DNA of 64,000 nucleotides from Amoebophrya sp. A120 (taxonomy: Eukaryota > Protista > Dinoflagellata): NCBI GenBank assembly GCA_905178155.1, contig CAJINV010000022.1:434001-498000 (forward strand), read 5' to 3'. A model generated the notes under the pieces. The model was given only the letters and a program-made list of their open reading frames with translations, searched no databases and was not told where the DNA came from. The translations under genes were made by a program, and so were the position numbers. Shown here piece after piece: positions 1 through 15,000 of the stretch (the first letter of the stretch is position 1; every line of letters starts with the position of its first letter).

Positions 1-3000
1 GCGTCCCGCATGGAGCGCTTCTGCTCAGATTGCAAGGCCTTGGCCGTGAAGCACATGGGCCCTGCAAGTGCGCCGCCAACGGAGCTGGGGCTTCGTTCAT
101 TCGAAAATCTTCGTCGAATGTGGATGACCAACCCGGAGCAGCTCCCTCTTCCGTGGTCGTGTTGCATCCTAAGTGCGCTTTCTACTTCTATCTTCTTTTC
201 CCGCTTATGCCGCAAAGCCTTGCCGCGCTGTTCATCTTCCTTGCCCAGTCTGTACAGAATGTCGCGCGTCTGTCGAGCTTCTCTTCCTGCCGTGCCCGTG
301 GTGGCATCTGTGGCCATGATGAGAGGGCTTTCGGTCGGAGGCCCTTGCGCAATTGCGTGCGGTTTCTGTGCTTCTGGGTGAGGCACTACAGGCCATGCCC
401 GATGCGTCTCAGCAAGCTTTTCCAACTGTGTCTTTTTGAAAGCTGAGGCATTTTGAATTCAGTTTGAATTCAGTTCGAAATCGAATTACACGACGGCACG
501 GCCAGAGTTAAAAAGGTTTTTGTCATGCATGAAAGGAGTCTGAATCTTTGTGATGCAGAGTCTTCTTGGCGTATATAGCATTGCTTGCATGATAAGCGCC
601 GCTTTTGCTGGGATCTTTTGCAATACAAATTTTCGCTATTGACGATTGGAAATCTGTGATGCTGATAGATGCAAGAGGGCGAGTGTTTCACTTGGAAAGG
701 TTTGCAATGCAAATGCTCCCGAGAAGTTCGGGGGTGGGGGCATTTTTCATTGTAATAAGTCCTCCTGCGTCTTTGAAGGTAGACATCTGGCGGCCCTGGA
801 CGGCAATCAGGCGCACGATGTCGTGTTCGTCGAAGCCGATCTGGGAGTGGCGCTTGAACCATCTCTATGCATTGGTTGCAAATGTCATGTCTGAGTGGTC
901 TGGATTTTTTGTGATGCTGGACCTAGTATCAAGGACAACAGCTTCATCTACATGTGATCTGTAGTGCATGTATACGATTATGGCCAGCTTCTTTCTCTTT
1001 GTCGTGCTGGATATGGAAGTTTGTTATTTGCTTGTTCTGCATGCGAATGAATCTGCAAGAAATAAAGTGAAGAAGGAAATAACTTCTCATGCTCTTCTGC
1101 CGTACAGGCAGCGCAGCCAGTATGTAACGCAAGTATAATCAGCAACACAAGTTTCCAGACATGATCCAGGGATGATAAGTATTTGCAGATCCATAACTTC
1201 ATGCGGGTTCCCGACTTCTTGTACCTTCTCCTTTTTTTATGGATTGCAAAAATGTCTGGGTCTGGAAGGATGTAACTTGTCATGCTGGTCTTGCATTCCT
1301 GTGAAAGCTGTATTGCGTGACCAACAAAAATGGTAGCCTCTCATGTCATACAAAAACGCAGTTTCTCATGCGGAATTCGGATGGGAAAGCGTTCTGCAAA
1401 CTTGTCATGCTTTTCTGCATAAGGAAGTGTTTTCCTCTTGCACATTTTAGCATTACAAGTTTCCAGACCCAGACATTTTTGCATTTGATATATTTTGGAT
1501 AATCGGATCCAAACCACACACCCCCTGCGAATTTTTGTTTCGCCCCGCGCCCTATCAAATGCAAAAGTGTCTGCATGTCTGGAAACTTGTGATGCTGGGT
1601 TGTGAATAATGAAAGCAACTGTAATGCACAGCCAAGCAACATGAGAAATATCTGCGCTTCTTTGTGTTGCGTTTTTCGCATGAGAAACTGCGTTTTTGCA
1701 TGACAGGCAAGAAAAGGGTCTCTTCTTGGACACGCATCACAAACTTGTTGCTCATGCCACACAAGCATGACAAGTCTCGCAATCTTCCAGACCCAGACAT
1801 TTTTGCATTTGATACGCCCACATCAGTTTCGGGTCGGCCCAGGCCACCGGGTCTCCGGACCGAAAGTCGATGTAGGTGATATAACGCGCTCAGCTGTTAC
1901 AATCTCAAGCGTTACAATAGAATATGGAAATCTGTGATGTAAGAAGTGCATGATGTAGCTTACTCCCACAGGCCTGCGCATGACAAGTTCTAGAGTCCCA
2001 AACCGCAAGAGAATCTGGCGAAATTTGTATTGCAGAAAGTGGAATGCTGTCCGTGTCTGTCATGCTGATCATGCAATACAAAATCCAGACTGACTCCATG
2101 TCTGTTGTAACGTTTGAGATTTCTGTAACGTTTGAGCAGGTCATAGGTGAGAATCTCGTTTCCGTCACTAGTCACGACGTGCGACGGTTTTTTCGGAATC
2201 GACAGAATCAGGTGGTTCGCCAGCGGATGTTATGCATTGGAAATATGTCTGGGTTTGGAAAGGTTGAGCCTGTATTGCGTGTTTTGCATTCCTGAAAAAT
2301 CTGTGTTGCATCACTAGCAAAAGTGCCACACTTTGGTCAGGCAAGGTCGCAGTTTGTACTGCACACTACGCATGAGAAAGCGCTCGAAATAAAATTTGTC
2401 ATGATTCGCTGACCTTACAGGCGCACTCAATCATGTTCATGACCATTTCCATTCAGCATCACAGGTTTCCAGACATCAAGGGATATTTGCAATGCATAGG
2501 TGTGGTGGCTCCGGAACATGATCCGGCTCTGGTACTGCATTTTTGCCCAGGGGACCTCCACTTGAAGATGTTGCGAAGGGAGAGGGTGTACTGCCACTCT
2601 CGAGCAGGGTATTTATTGCTCCGGAAATTCCCTTATGCACTGCAAAAGTATCTTCGTACTCGTATAAAATGCAAATGCATTTACAAATTTCCTCAGCATG
2701 AGAAATAAAATTTGTAATGCGGATTTACCTTTAAGAAAAAGATTTGTAATGCATGATTGCAAGACGAGTACGATACTTTTGCAGTGGATATCCCTTCGAA
2801 AGGAAGGGGACTTCGTAGTTTGGCTCGAGCAATTTGCGAGGATCTTTGCCCTCGAGCACCTGTTGCATGAGCAAGTGGGCTATGCAATACAAATTTCCCG
2901 TACATGCACAAAATGCATGACAAATTTTAATTTCGCTAGCTTGCAGTGTCCTCCCACTTGTCATGCTAGACTAGGATTGAAGGCAAGTTTTGTCGTGCAG

Positions 3001-6000
3001 AGACTGCATTTGTTTTTGTACGTGTACGGGAAAAAATTTGCTGTGGATAAGGGCAAAGTCGCAATCCAGTGCCGTTAGCGGCTCCCCAGGCGACGGCTGT
3101 TCCTCGAGTGGCACATCAGTGTTTTCGAGAATCGTCATTTCTAGCTTTGATTTGGAGTTGATCAAGTCGACTAGCAGCTCGTCTTTGAAAAGGTCTTCCT
3201 TTGTCCGCGCCCAGTCGTCAACCAAGTCCCCGGCCACGCTCCCTAGCGCAGGGCTACTACTTTGCGTCTCGCCGTCCCCGCCTCCCCCGAACCAGGAGCT
3301 GCCAGAAAACCACCGACCAAAGAAAGAGGGCTGCTCTTCGTCAGCACTTGGTGTAGTGCCAGCATGGACGCCAGGCGCAGTAGTACCACGAGCACTGCTA
3401 CCACCTCCGTGCGAGTTCTCCAGTGCGAGTTCTTTGTCAATTTGTGCCTTCTGCTCAGCTTCCAGCTCGATATTTTGCTCCTCTGCCGCGAGTTTGCGGA
3501 TTTCGTCTTGTTCTGTAGTGTCGTATATGCATTGCAAATATTCGTCTCGGTCTGGAAAGGTGCAAGAGGTTTGTCATGCACGTTTTGCATGAAGACCCAT
3601 GGGCATGATTGATGTCTCGTCTGTGATGCATGCCGTAGCATCACAATTTTTTTGAAAACTTCATCCTGATGCCCATTTCATCCCGCGCGAGAAATATTAC
3701 CCTTGTCTCGGCGTTGTAGCAACAACTGCAGTCCTCTTGCTCTTCAAGTAATGCAGATCCTTTTAGAATACAAATGCAGCACCCACTTCACAAGCTGCAC
3801 TCTACGTCCAAACCCAGATGGATATTGTTTGCAATGCATATCGTAACCCAAGGTTCGCGCCACCCAGCTTTTCACCTTCCCATAAGTGCCTTCCTTGAAA
3901 GCTTGGCTCCTTTCCTTCATTTGCTGGACCGCCTCTACGCGCTTCTGCCGGCGCTCCATCCGCATGCGCTCGTCGTATCTTCTGCGCTTCAGCAACTGCA
4001 CGGGAGTGACCAACGGGCGGGCGCTATTCTGAGTAAAAGCGTCCCCACACCCGGGTTGTCATGCAAATCTGCATGCTGAAAATGTTTCTCATGCGTAGTG
4101 CCATGAGAGCCATTTTCTGGCTGCGTTTTGGAGTTTGTGATGCTAGAAGTAGCGCGATATGGTAGATCTGTGATGCTGATGAACTATAATCCAAACAGGA
4201 TTGCACTACGAGAGCAAGCTTGTCATGCGAAACAACCAAAGCTGGTTGATTTGTCTAGCAGATTTCCCATCTTGACTCTGGTGTGGGGACGTTTTTACTC
4301 AGGATACGAGCGGTCGTAGCAGATGAAGGGGCTGTTGTTGAAGAAGTCCAGAGCGTATCACATGCAAAAGTGACTGGGTCTGGAAGGTTGGAACTTGTGA
4401 TGCTAACTTCGGAATCTAAAAAGATCTGTATTGCATGACCAGCACGAGGAGACATCTCGTTTGTGCTACGCATGGGGGGCATTTGTCATGCGGAGTAGGC
4501 ATCAGGAAGCCCTCTAAAAATCGGTGATGCTAGGTCGTGCATTACAGACATCCTGGGTCGTGCAAAATATGCATAAACAAACCCGGCAACATTCCAGACC
4601 CAGACATTTTTGGATTTGATAGAGCGCGGTTTAGCCTGGATTTCGGGTCGATTGCCTGTGCTCCGGTTTGCGGGTCGATCAGCATGTTTACTAACGGGAC
4701 GTCGAGATACCTTTTCTGGTGCAGGTCTTGCTCGTATGAGAGTGCACAATTGATTCCCCCTGCTGCCCCTCATTTGTCATGTAAAACCCCCAAGCCAATC
4801 GCTGCCTCGTCGCACTGTTTGCATGACAAATTCCGGAAGCCCAAACAGTTAACAGTACTACATTAGGCACACAAATTTGCCATGCAGTGCCTCCACATGT
4901 GCTGGCATTTGTATAATTGCTGTTCTTGCTATACAAAAACAAATGAGGGGAAGGGGGAGTTGTGCACTCTCGTCATAGCTCGGTTCGGATTTGTTCGACG
5001 GCCTCTTTCAAATCGTGCTCTTTCTCGATGCTGGTCCGGGAATCGAAGGGCGCGTTTTCCCGTGCCGATTGGGTCTTAGCCGTCTGCTATGAACTGCAAA
5101 AGCAACATACTAGTAGAGATTGCATCACAAATTTGCTCAGCGCGACAAATGGAAATTGTCATGCTGATTTGCCTTGGGAACAAGATTTGTAATGCGAGAC
5201 TTGCATTTCTACGAGTACGATACTTTTGCAGTGGATATCCGCCCACCTATAGCCTCCTCAAACTGCACCGCTTCCTCTCGGGCGCGAATTCGGTTTTGCT
5301 CCACGAGCTGAGCTATCAAGTGTAAAAATGTCTGGGTCTGGAAGAATGCGCGATTTGTCATGCAGCTTTTCCATGACCCATGAGGCCTGGAATGCAGGAC
5401 CTCGCATGACAGATCCTGTGCGATCTCTCTCATGCCTATCCTGCATGAGAAACTCCCTCCCGACTTGGTTAAAACCAGACACCTTTTGGTAATCATGCAA
5501 CACAGATTTTTGCATCCTTCAGCTTTAGCATGACAAGTTGCATTCTTCCAGACCCAGACATTTTTACATTTGATATGAGCAATCAGTTTTCGCTCAAAGA
5601 GGTCTCTGGGCGCGAGAGCAATCAGAGCAGGGGGTGTTGCTGTGCTGTTGTTCTTGTTGGCCTGGTTCTTGCTGGTGCTGCTGTCTTCTTGTTGGTCTAC
5701 AGCATGATCCGCACCAGCGTCTTGTCCTGGAGTATTGCTCAAGCTCTCCTCTACTCCGTCTCCCTCCCCTTCTTTCGCCGGCCGCCTTATCACCACGGGA
5801 ACGTCGTTCTGGATGTCTTCGATTCTTTGCTTGATGGTCTTTTTTATCACAAGAAAAAGTGTTAACGTTAACAGAATGTGTGATGCAGAAATGCATCACA
5901 AGACGTGTCAGAATTTGCTATGCATAGCATGCATATTGGGCTACATTTGTGATGCATGACTGCAATCTGTGAAAATCGTTAACATTAACACTTTTTCCTG

Positions 6001-9000
6001 TGATATTTTTTATCTTTCCGGCGTCGATGAAGTGGCCCGGGCTACTATCCACAGTAAATTTACCGGACACGTACACATGCGGTCTCTGCATGGCAAAACT
6101 TGTCTTCTTTTCTAGTTTAGCATGACAAGTTTTACACTCCAAATTGGTGAAATTTGTGATGCATCTTGTACATGTACTGGAAATTTGTATTGCATAGCTA
6201 CTACCTAATCCGCTGCTGCTGCCCAAAGATCGCTGGGCCGCCTTGCGCTCGATCCACTGCTCCATGTGCTCCGCGCTTCGGTACCGCCCCGTCTCGAGCT
6301 CCTGGAGGTCTTGTATGCATTGCAAAAGTTGCTTCGTAGTAGACAGAAATTGCAATACAAGTTAGGTCAGCATGACCACAAATGGACTTTCTTATGCTGA
6401 TTCAGCGTAGAAAAGAGATTTGTCATGCATAATTGCGATTACTTCTACGAGTACGATACTTTCACAATGCATATCTTGCAGGGTCTGGCTAAACTTGTGC
6501 GTTTCGACCAGAGGCACAGTGACGTAAAACTTCAACACCGTGACGCTGTGCGCGTACAACGCCTTGGCAATCCTCATCTTCCAGTATGAAAGCCTCAAAG
6601 TGGAAATCCTCAAAATGGAAACAATTTGTGATGCATGAAATGCGACGCAAGAAAGCCTTGTCCTGCTACGGGTTAAGAATTGGAGTGCTGATTAGCACGA
6701 GAGAAGGGCACCCCTTTGCCTTAACCTGCATGACAGACATACTTCGAGTGCCCGGGAAATTTGTCATGCGCCGAGTAGAAATGGTGCTTCAACTGGAGTG
6801 GTTTTTTGCATTACAAACTATTTTCAAATTGAGGATTTCCAACCTGAGGCTTTCATATCCAGGTCTGCAGTCCAAACTGCTCCTGTTTCCACTTTAACAG
6901 CTTTCGGCGAACCATCTTCGGCAGGTGTGGTGAGCAAAACCGTCGTCCCCGCACCAGAGTCAAAATGGAGGGAAACCTGCTAGACAAATCGCCAAACTTT
7001 GGCTGTTGCGCATGACAAATTTTGGCTCGCATAATGTAGCCGTTTTTAGCTAGTGAAGCAGAAAATCACAGATCTAGCATAGTACCATGCGGAAGTGAGC
7101 ATCACAAATCGCAAAATACACCAATAGAAGCTGCTTCTCTTAGGTGGTCTCCGCATGAGAAACTATTTTCAGCATGCAGATTTGCATATACAACCTGGGG
7201 CTGGGGAAGGGACCACGTTTTTACAAATGATAGCAGGTTGCGCCACACGTTGGTCATGGTTTGGTTCACGGAGTTCTGGATAGTGATGCCGAAAGTTTTT
7301 ACCTTGTCTCGGATCCAGTTCCAAGGGTCGGCCTTCTCTACTCTTTTCTGCTTTTGCCTTTTCCGCCACGTCTGGATAGCAGATCTTTTTTTCTTTTGCT
7401 CCTCCTTGCTCGTTCGGCGCCCACTGAACACACTCCTGAGGCTATGCCGAAGGTGGTGCTCCCTCGTTTCATCATCTTCCTCCTGCACGATATCGTCATC
7501 GGGTTCGGCGTCTCCAAATGCAGCAAGTGCTGCCATTTTACTACGTGAAAGTGGATTTATTTGTTCACCTCCAGTGTCCAAATCTTCTATTGCTTCGTCC
7601 AGCTCTTCGGCCTGCCGCTGCGAGAGCATGGAACTCTCTTCCTTTACCATATGCAGCAAGGCGTCTAGATCCGAAATTTTTCCATCCCCGTCCAGGTCCT
7701 CGAGCAGACTGTTCTTTCCATTCTGATCCTCTTCCGCGTCGTCAAAATTCTCGGCCATCATCAATCGGCGCAGTCTGGCAACGTCAGCCTCGTCGTTTGC
7801 TAGGCGGGCCATGAACGGATCCACGTCCGCGTGAGCTCCGGAAAAGATAGACGCTGCTTGTGCTTTTTTGGAGGGCAAGTTGGAGATTTCGTCCCGCTCT
7901 CCAAATCCGAAGTCCACGTGCAGCTCGTGCAGGCTCTGCATATGCAAAGCAAAAGCATCGCGCAACTAGTAGAAATCGCATGACAAATTCCCTCAGCATG
8001 AAAAATGAAATTCGTAATGCGGACTTAGGTTAAGAGGGAGACTTGTAATGCATGACTGCGAGGATTACTACGAGTACGATATTTTTGCAGTTCATACTGC
8101 ATGATGTGGTTCAACTTCTTCCCGGCGTAAAGGTCCTTTCGTGCCACCCGGATCTCGACGCAGATCCGGCTGCCGGGGCGAAACTCGAGGGATTTCGATG
8201 TTTGCAGGGGGGAGCCGGTGCCTTTCACCCAGTCCTTGTGAATCGGGGTCAGCTCGCCGCCGTGGGAGCTTGACCACTATCCTGTGCAAAAGTATCTCGT
8301 ACTCGTAGTACTAATTGCGGTCATGCATTCCAAATTTGTTTCTTAAGGCAAGTCCGCATTACAAATTTTATTTCTCATGCTGAGGAAATTTGTAATGCAT
8401 TTATACGAGTACGATACTTTTGCGATTTATAACCACATCACAGAGACCATTTCCGGTGGCTTCTGCTTCTCCATTTCCTCCTTCGTCATGCCCGCAACTT
8501 GCGCTTTCCAGGCTTCGGGCGTGCTGTGCTGCTCTATCCAAGAAAAAACAGAAACACCCATCCCCATCGAATTTGTCATGGAAAACCTGCATGAGCTGCA
8601 GCGTTTGTCATGCAAAAAATGGATGGGATGGGTGTTTTTCCCTGGATCATATGCTTGTTCTCATTTTCCTCCCCGTGACCCACCAACAGCCACAGGGTGG
8701 CCAGCACATCCTGCTTGCGCACTTATGAGAGTGCACAACTCTCCGTCGTTCTCATTTCTCATGCAAAACACCAATTCCAGACTGTTCCTCCTGTCACTAT
8801 TATGCGTGACAAATTCTGGTAGCCTGAATAGCACTATACTCCTGTGTAAATTTGTCATACAAAACCGGCACTCTTGCTCATGCTTTTATTGCCGTGCATG
8901 CTATACAAATCAGGGGGAGAGGGAGTTATGCATTGTCATAGTACTAACGCTGCCTGTTGGAGATTTGACGCCCAACGACCGTTCATCATGTTGTACTGCT

Positions 9001-12000
9001 GGTCTTGAATTTGTTGTTGGGCACCAGCACCTTGTAGACCGGAATTTAGATTATAGGAGTTAGGAGTAGAATGGCCCATGCCCCCACCGGGCGGGTGATC
9101 TGGTACACCTGCGCCGCCTGCAGCACCAGAGTAGAAATTAATATTGCTCCTTCTGCCTCCTTCTATGCCTGTGTTGTAGCTGTGGCTGTGCGGATTTATG
9201 ATTCCGTTTCCGCCCGTCAAAGAGCTACCCGGAGGTCCTCCACCCCCATAATTGGGATTGTCGTCGTACTGGCATCCCATCGGAATCCAATGCTCCGGAA
9301 TGTTTATGGTCCGGAACAGGGGGGAGAAATCGAGAGGCCTCGAGCAAAAGGGATCGCGGTCGCAGTGGGGGTCATTCTTGATATTGCACTTCGTGCGCAC
9401 GATATCGCACGAAAAAAGTTTTTCGCTGGAAGAATTTTGCAAGTTTTGCATCACAAGTCTGCTCTACATCACAGGGAAAATTTGCCATGGGAGATGCCTA
9501 AGGGAAAACACAGCTAAAAATCTATTGTCTTGCATGTGTATCATCGTCATCACTTGCATGCGTAGCAAGAGAAACACTTCTCAGATGATACATTTTCTGC
9601 ATTACAAGTTTACAGCGAAACAGTTTTTTCTTGCGATACACGAGCCGGGCGAAGTTTTCGACGTCGATCCAAGTCTGCATCACGTTTATCGCAAGAAAAA
9701 AGTGTTACAGTTACACATTGTCATGCAAGACTAGCAACAGAGACGACCTTTCTCATGCAGGAAATGCTTCGGATCCTCGTTTCCTTCGCCTTCCTGTTTT
9801 CCCTTATGATCTTCGCATTACAAGTTTTCTCTGCCACACAGAGAAAATTTGTGATGCAGAAACTCCAACAAATGTGTAACTGTAACACTTTTTTCTCGTG
9901 ATAACGTTCCGCAGTCGAACATAGAAGTCGACTTTTTCCACTGCCTATGAATGGCAAAAGTGTACTATCGTACTCGTCTAAATGCATTACAAATTTCCTC
10001 AGCATGAGAAATAAAACTTGTAATGCGGATTTACCTTTAAGAAAAAGGTTTGTAATGCATGAATTATTACGAGTACGATGCTTTTGCAGTTCATACCTCC
10101 GCGCCCTTCTTCGAAACGCCGAGAAAGTAGGGGTCGTCCTCGATGTATCGCAAGAAAAAACTGTTACAGTTGCACATTGTGTTGCAAGACCGGCGACACA
10201 GACAACCTTTCTCATGCAGAAAATGCTTGCTGGGAGCCTCGTTTCCTTCCTGTTTTCCGTTATGATCTTCGCACTACAAGTTTTCTCTGCCACACAGAGA
10301 AAATTTGTGATGCAGAAACTCCAACAAATACAAATGTGTAACTGTAAACACTTTTTTCTCGTGATACGACGCGCGTGTTTTCTGCCTCGTGCTCCCGAAT
10401 GGTGTACCGCAGCAGATCCAACACCACAAGCTCCACCTTGGACGCCCCCATGCCCAGCCCGAGGGGCAACCCGGCGCTGGCGTCGCACTGCGCTTGGTTC
10501 GTGTGAGAGTGGAGAACTCCCCCTCGCACTCATTTGTCATGCAAAACCCCAGAAGATCCAGTTGCTGCCTTGTGGCACTGTTTGCATAACAGATTCTGAG
10601 AGCCCAAACAGTACTACATCAGGCACATAAAAAATTTGTCATGCACAGGCTCCACGTGTGCTGGTGTAGGTGTTTGTATTGTTGTTCATGCCATACAAAT
10701 GAGGGGGAGGAAGGGTTGTGCACTGTCATAGTTGGTGTCGTCGAGCGAGATGCCCTGGTGAAGAAGCGAGTTTGCGTATCCTGAGTAAAAAAGTACCCAC
10801 AGCAGAGTTGTAATGCAGATTTGCAAAGACAGGAAGACTTGTAATGCGCATCCGCATGAGAGCCATTTCCAGTCGTGTTTTGGAATTTGTGATGCTGTGA
10901 ACAGGATGAGCAGACGAATCTGTGATGCGGCTACACTTGCTAACCTGCACTACACTGCAGAGTGCAACTTGTCATGCGTGACTCACAAAGCTCCTAGGTT
11001 TGTGTTGCAAAATCCCCATCCTGACTCTGGTGTGGGGACGTTTTTACTCAGGATATTGCGTGCAGCGGCTCCAGGGGCCCGTAGGAAATGCAGTTGTGGT
11101 ATGCAATACAAATTCATTTGCGTACATCAACTACATGTGCAAGAAGATGCATCACAAATTTCACCAATTAGGATCTCAAAAACACTTGTCATGCTAAACC
11201 GAGATCGAAGCCAAGTTTTGTCATGCAGAGACCGCATTTGTTTTTGTCCTTACGTCGTGTACGGGAAAAATAAATTTACTATCGATACGTGGGCAAAGTC
11301 GTCCATCTGGATTTTGTAGGCCCGCAGCCGCTCGCTGTGTTCCTTGGTGCACACCCGTTGCAGCGATTCGCGTGAGGTCGAGGCCAGTTTGCTGCAATAC
11401 TTATCTATCAAATGCAAAAGTGTCTGGGCCTGGAAGATTCTGAGACTTGTCATGCATGTTTTGCATGACCCAGGATATTTGTAACGCACGACCTAGCGTC
11501 ACAGATTTTTTGAGGGCTTCCTGATGCCTACTCCGCATGACAAACGCCCTCCCCGCGTAGCGCATACTCTTGCTGGTCATGCAATGCAGATTTTTTTAGA
11601 GTCCAAAGGTAGCATCACAAGTTCCAACCTTCCAGACCCAGACACTTTTGCGTTTGATATTATTCGTTTCCGAGTCGATCATGGCAGCGTGGCGAGAAGT
11701 AGTACTTCTGTGCGACGACGAGTTATTATGAGAGTGCACAACTCCCCCTTCCCCTCACTTGTATGACATCATCAGCATTACAAACACCAGTACAGGTGGC
11801 CCCTGTGCATGACAAGTGCATGCGCCGAGTGTAGTACTGTTTGGATTTCCGAAATTTGTCATGCACACGGTGCCACAAGGTAGCAACTGGATTTGGGTTT
11901 TTGCATGACAAATGAGGGGGAGGGGGAGTTGTGCACTGTCATAGTCATGGTGCGCCGACGCGAACAGCTCGTCGTCGTGCGGATTGTGAGACGAGGAGGA

Positions 12001-15000
12001 GTTATCAAATGCAAATTATGTGTCAGGGTCTGGGAGGTTGATGCAACTTGTCATGTTAAATCTGAATCAGGCAAAAAACTGCGTTGCATGATTGCCAAAA
12101 GTAGTTGTCCACTTCTGCCCTAAAAATCGAGCGCAGTTTCTCATGCGGGATAGGTATTAGAAAGATCTCACAGAATCTGTCATGCTATGTCCTACATACC
12201 AGACCTCATGGGTTTATGGAAAACCTGCATGACAAGTCTGGCATTCTTCCAGAGGACCGAAAACATATTTGCATTTGATAGGAGTAGGCAGCATTTGGCC
12301 CGGTTCGAGCGTTGTGAAGCCCATGTATGGATGTGTGAGGATCGAAATCGACAAAATCGAAAAATTTGTGATGCGTAAAATGTATGGCACTGGAGGCCTG
12401 TATTGGGGAGGAGGCAAATGAGACCGATTGTGAGCCTGTTGAGGGGTATGAAGTGTGCTGCCAAAGTAGCATGACAGAAGCAGTCTTCTTTGCCCAAACA
12501 GCATGACAGACTGCGTTTGAGTTCCCCCGAAATTTGTCATGCGCCACTTACAGACTGAGGCTCCAACTGGTATCGATTTTATGCATCACAAATTTTTCGA
12601 CTTTGTCGATTCCAATCCTGACACTCCCATACCTTGACCGGAGCTAGTATCCGAGAAGGCGCGACTCAAATCTTGCACGTGGAGGCTTGTTATCCTGTGC
12701 AAAAGTATCGTACTCGTACTCATTGCTTTTATGCATTACAAATTTTTTTGTTAAGGCAAATCCGCATTACAAATTTAATTTGTAGTGCTGAGCTAATTTG
12801 TATTGCAATTACTACGTATTATATTCATGCGAAAAAAGAGGTAGACAGAGGGTAAACAAGAGGTGGCCGAGAGGTCAAAAAGAGGCCAAAAGAGGTAAAA
12901 AAGAGGTCGACAGAGGTGGAGAGGTGGCGCGGGACCCCTTTCGAGAGGATCGGCGAAGAGGGTGCGCGAGTATAGCCCGCCGAAGGCCCCACCTTAAGGC
13001 GGCGCCTAAGTGCCTCAGAGGGTGCAGAGAGGTCAAAAAGAGGGGGCGCGAGAGGTCGACAGAGGTCGAGAGAGGTGGCGCGAATAAGGGGCGACCTCTC
13101 GCGGACCCTCTTGGCCACCTCTCGGCCACCTCTGTCGACCTCTACCCGCGAGCATAGCCGGATTATTAGCGGGGACCCCCAAAAGAGGTAAAAAAGAGGG
13201 TCTGCGAGAGGTCTACGAGAGGGTAAAAACACAAAGTGGCGGGCGCGAATCCGCATGGTCATACCCATATTTGGCACTGCAGGCTATTCGCGGACTTGTC
13301 TTGTTCGGCGCCTGTCCCCGCCACCCTCTCGCGCCACCCTCTCGCACACCCTCTCGCGCCACCCTCTCGCGCCACCCTCTCGCGCACCCTCTCGCGCCAC
13401 CCTCTCGCGCAACCCTCTCGCGCCACCCTCTCGCGCTACCCTCTCCCGCCGAGCGCCTTCTGTTCGCCCCCGTTGTTCTTTGCAGCTGCTCCCTGCGCAG
13501 AGCGCCCGCAGGCGCGGGAAGCGCGCAAGTGGTCCTGCGGGTTGGCGCGGCGCAAACCAGCGGCACGAATGCAGTAAGTTTCGTTGTACATAGGCCCGTG
13601 GGGTTGTGGTCCGATCGGCAAACAGTCATGCCCCGGCCCAACAGCCGTGCGCTCCGGCGGCAGCCGGAGCATGGCTGGTTTATACTAGTGCGATGCTTTT
13701 GCAGTTCATACTTGTTGCCCCATGGCGCTGCGTCGCTTTCTTCATGAGAAAGCAACACTGAATTTTCTGCTTCACATATCCCACGAAAAAAGTGCTACAG
13801 TTACACATTGATAAAATATGTAATTTCAGCATCACTAAGTTGCGCTGCACGACGAGAAAAACTTGTAATGCGCAGACAATAAGGCAAAAAAGGATGAAAT
13901 GAGGCTGCCAAGCATTTCCTGCATGACAGAGGTTTTCTGTCTTGCTTGTCTCGCATCAGAATGCTTAACTGTAACACTTTTTTCCCACGATATCACATTC
14001 TCGATGTAGTCGAGCATCTCTTGGATGTATCCAGGAAAAACCACCCATCCACATCCAATTTGTCATGCAAAACACGTATAGGATCCTGTGTTTGTCATGC
14101 CAAAAAGGAAAAATGGGTGTGGAGGGTTTTTTTTCTGTGGATAGGATGTTTAGCTGACACGACGTGGTGATGGGGTTCCGTTTGTGAATATCCTGTGTAA
14201 AAACGTCCCTACCCCGGAGTTGTCATGCAAATGTGCAAAGACAGGACCACTTGGAGTGCGCATTTCCATGAGAGGCATCATTTCCAGTCGTGTTTTGGCA
14301 TTTGTAATGCTGTAAACAGGATGAGACAATGGCTTTCTCATGCGGCTTCACTTGTTAGCCTGAAAAAATACATTGCAGATGGAATAAACTTGTCAGGCAA
14401 AACTCCCAAAAGAACTTGGGGATTTGTGTTGCAGACTTGCCATCTTGACACTATGGTGTGTGGACGTTTTTACATAGGATAGTGGATGCTGTTCCCACCC
14501 GTCAAATCGACACTCATCTCGATGTCGCGACCGATGCGGAAGTGTGAACTGCAAAAGTATCCTATCGTACTTGTATAATTGCGTTACAAATTTGCTCAGC
14601 ATGAGAAAAAAAAATTGTAATGCGGAGTTACCTTAACAAGAAGATTTGTAATGCATGACTGCAATGAGTATGACTACTAGCCTCTTGACGCGGGCGCCCA
14701 GGACGCCCGCTGGGCTAGTAGATTTAAACGCTTAGAAGGTCTGGCGTGGAGTCGAATAGGATGTGGCTAGAAGGTTGAAAAGCATAACGCTGCCTGCCGC
14801 GAGGAAGATCGTTGCCGCGCCTGCGCTTGCCCTACCGGCCTCGCCGCCTTAACGCCTTTTGCGGTCCGGCGTCCAGGACGCCGGCCCGCCGTCAGCCCTA
14901 TAGCCGCGTTGCCGCGCCTGCGCTTGCCCTCGCGGCCTCGCCGCTTTAACGCCTTTTGCGGTCCGGCGTCCAGGACGCCGGCCCGCCGTCAGCCCTTTAG

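Noticed and set aside
9904-9945. P-loop GSGKS in ORF 9721..10533
   Set aside because: The frame consistent with neighbouring exons reads AVEKVDFYVRLRN; GSGKS is out of frame.
13684-13688. CTAG|T as the canonical Helitron 3' end of element 1
   Set aside because: TATACTAGT matches the host B introner's own subterminal sequence, so it is probably not part of the insert.
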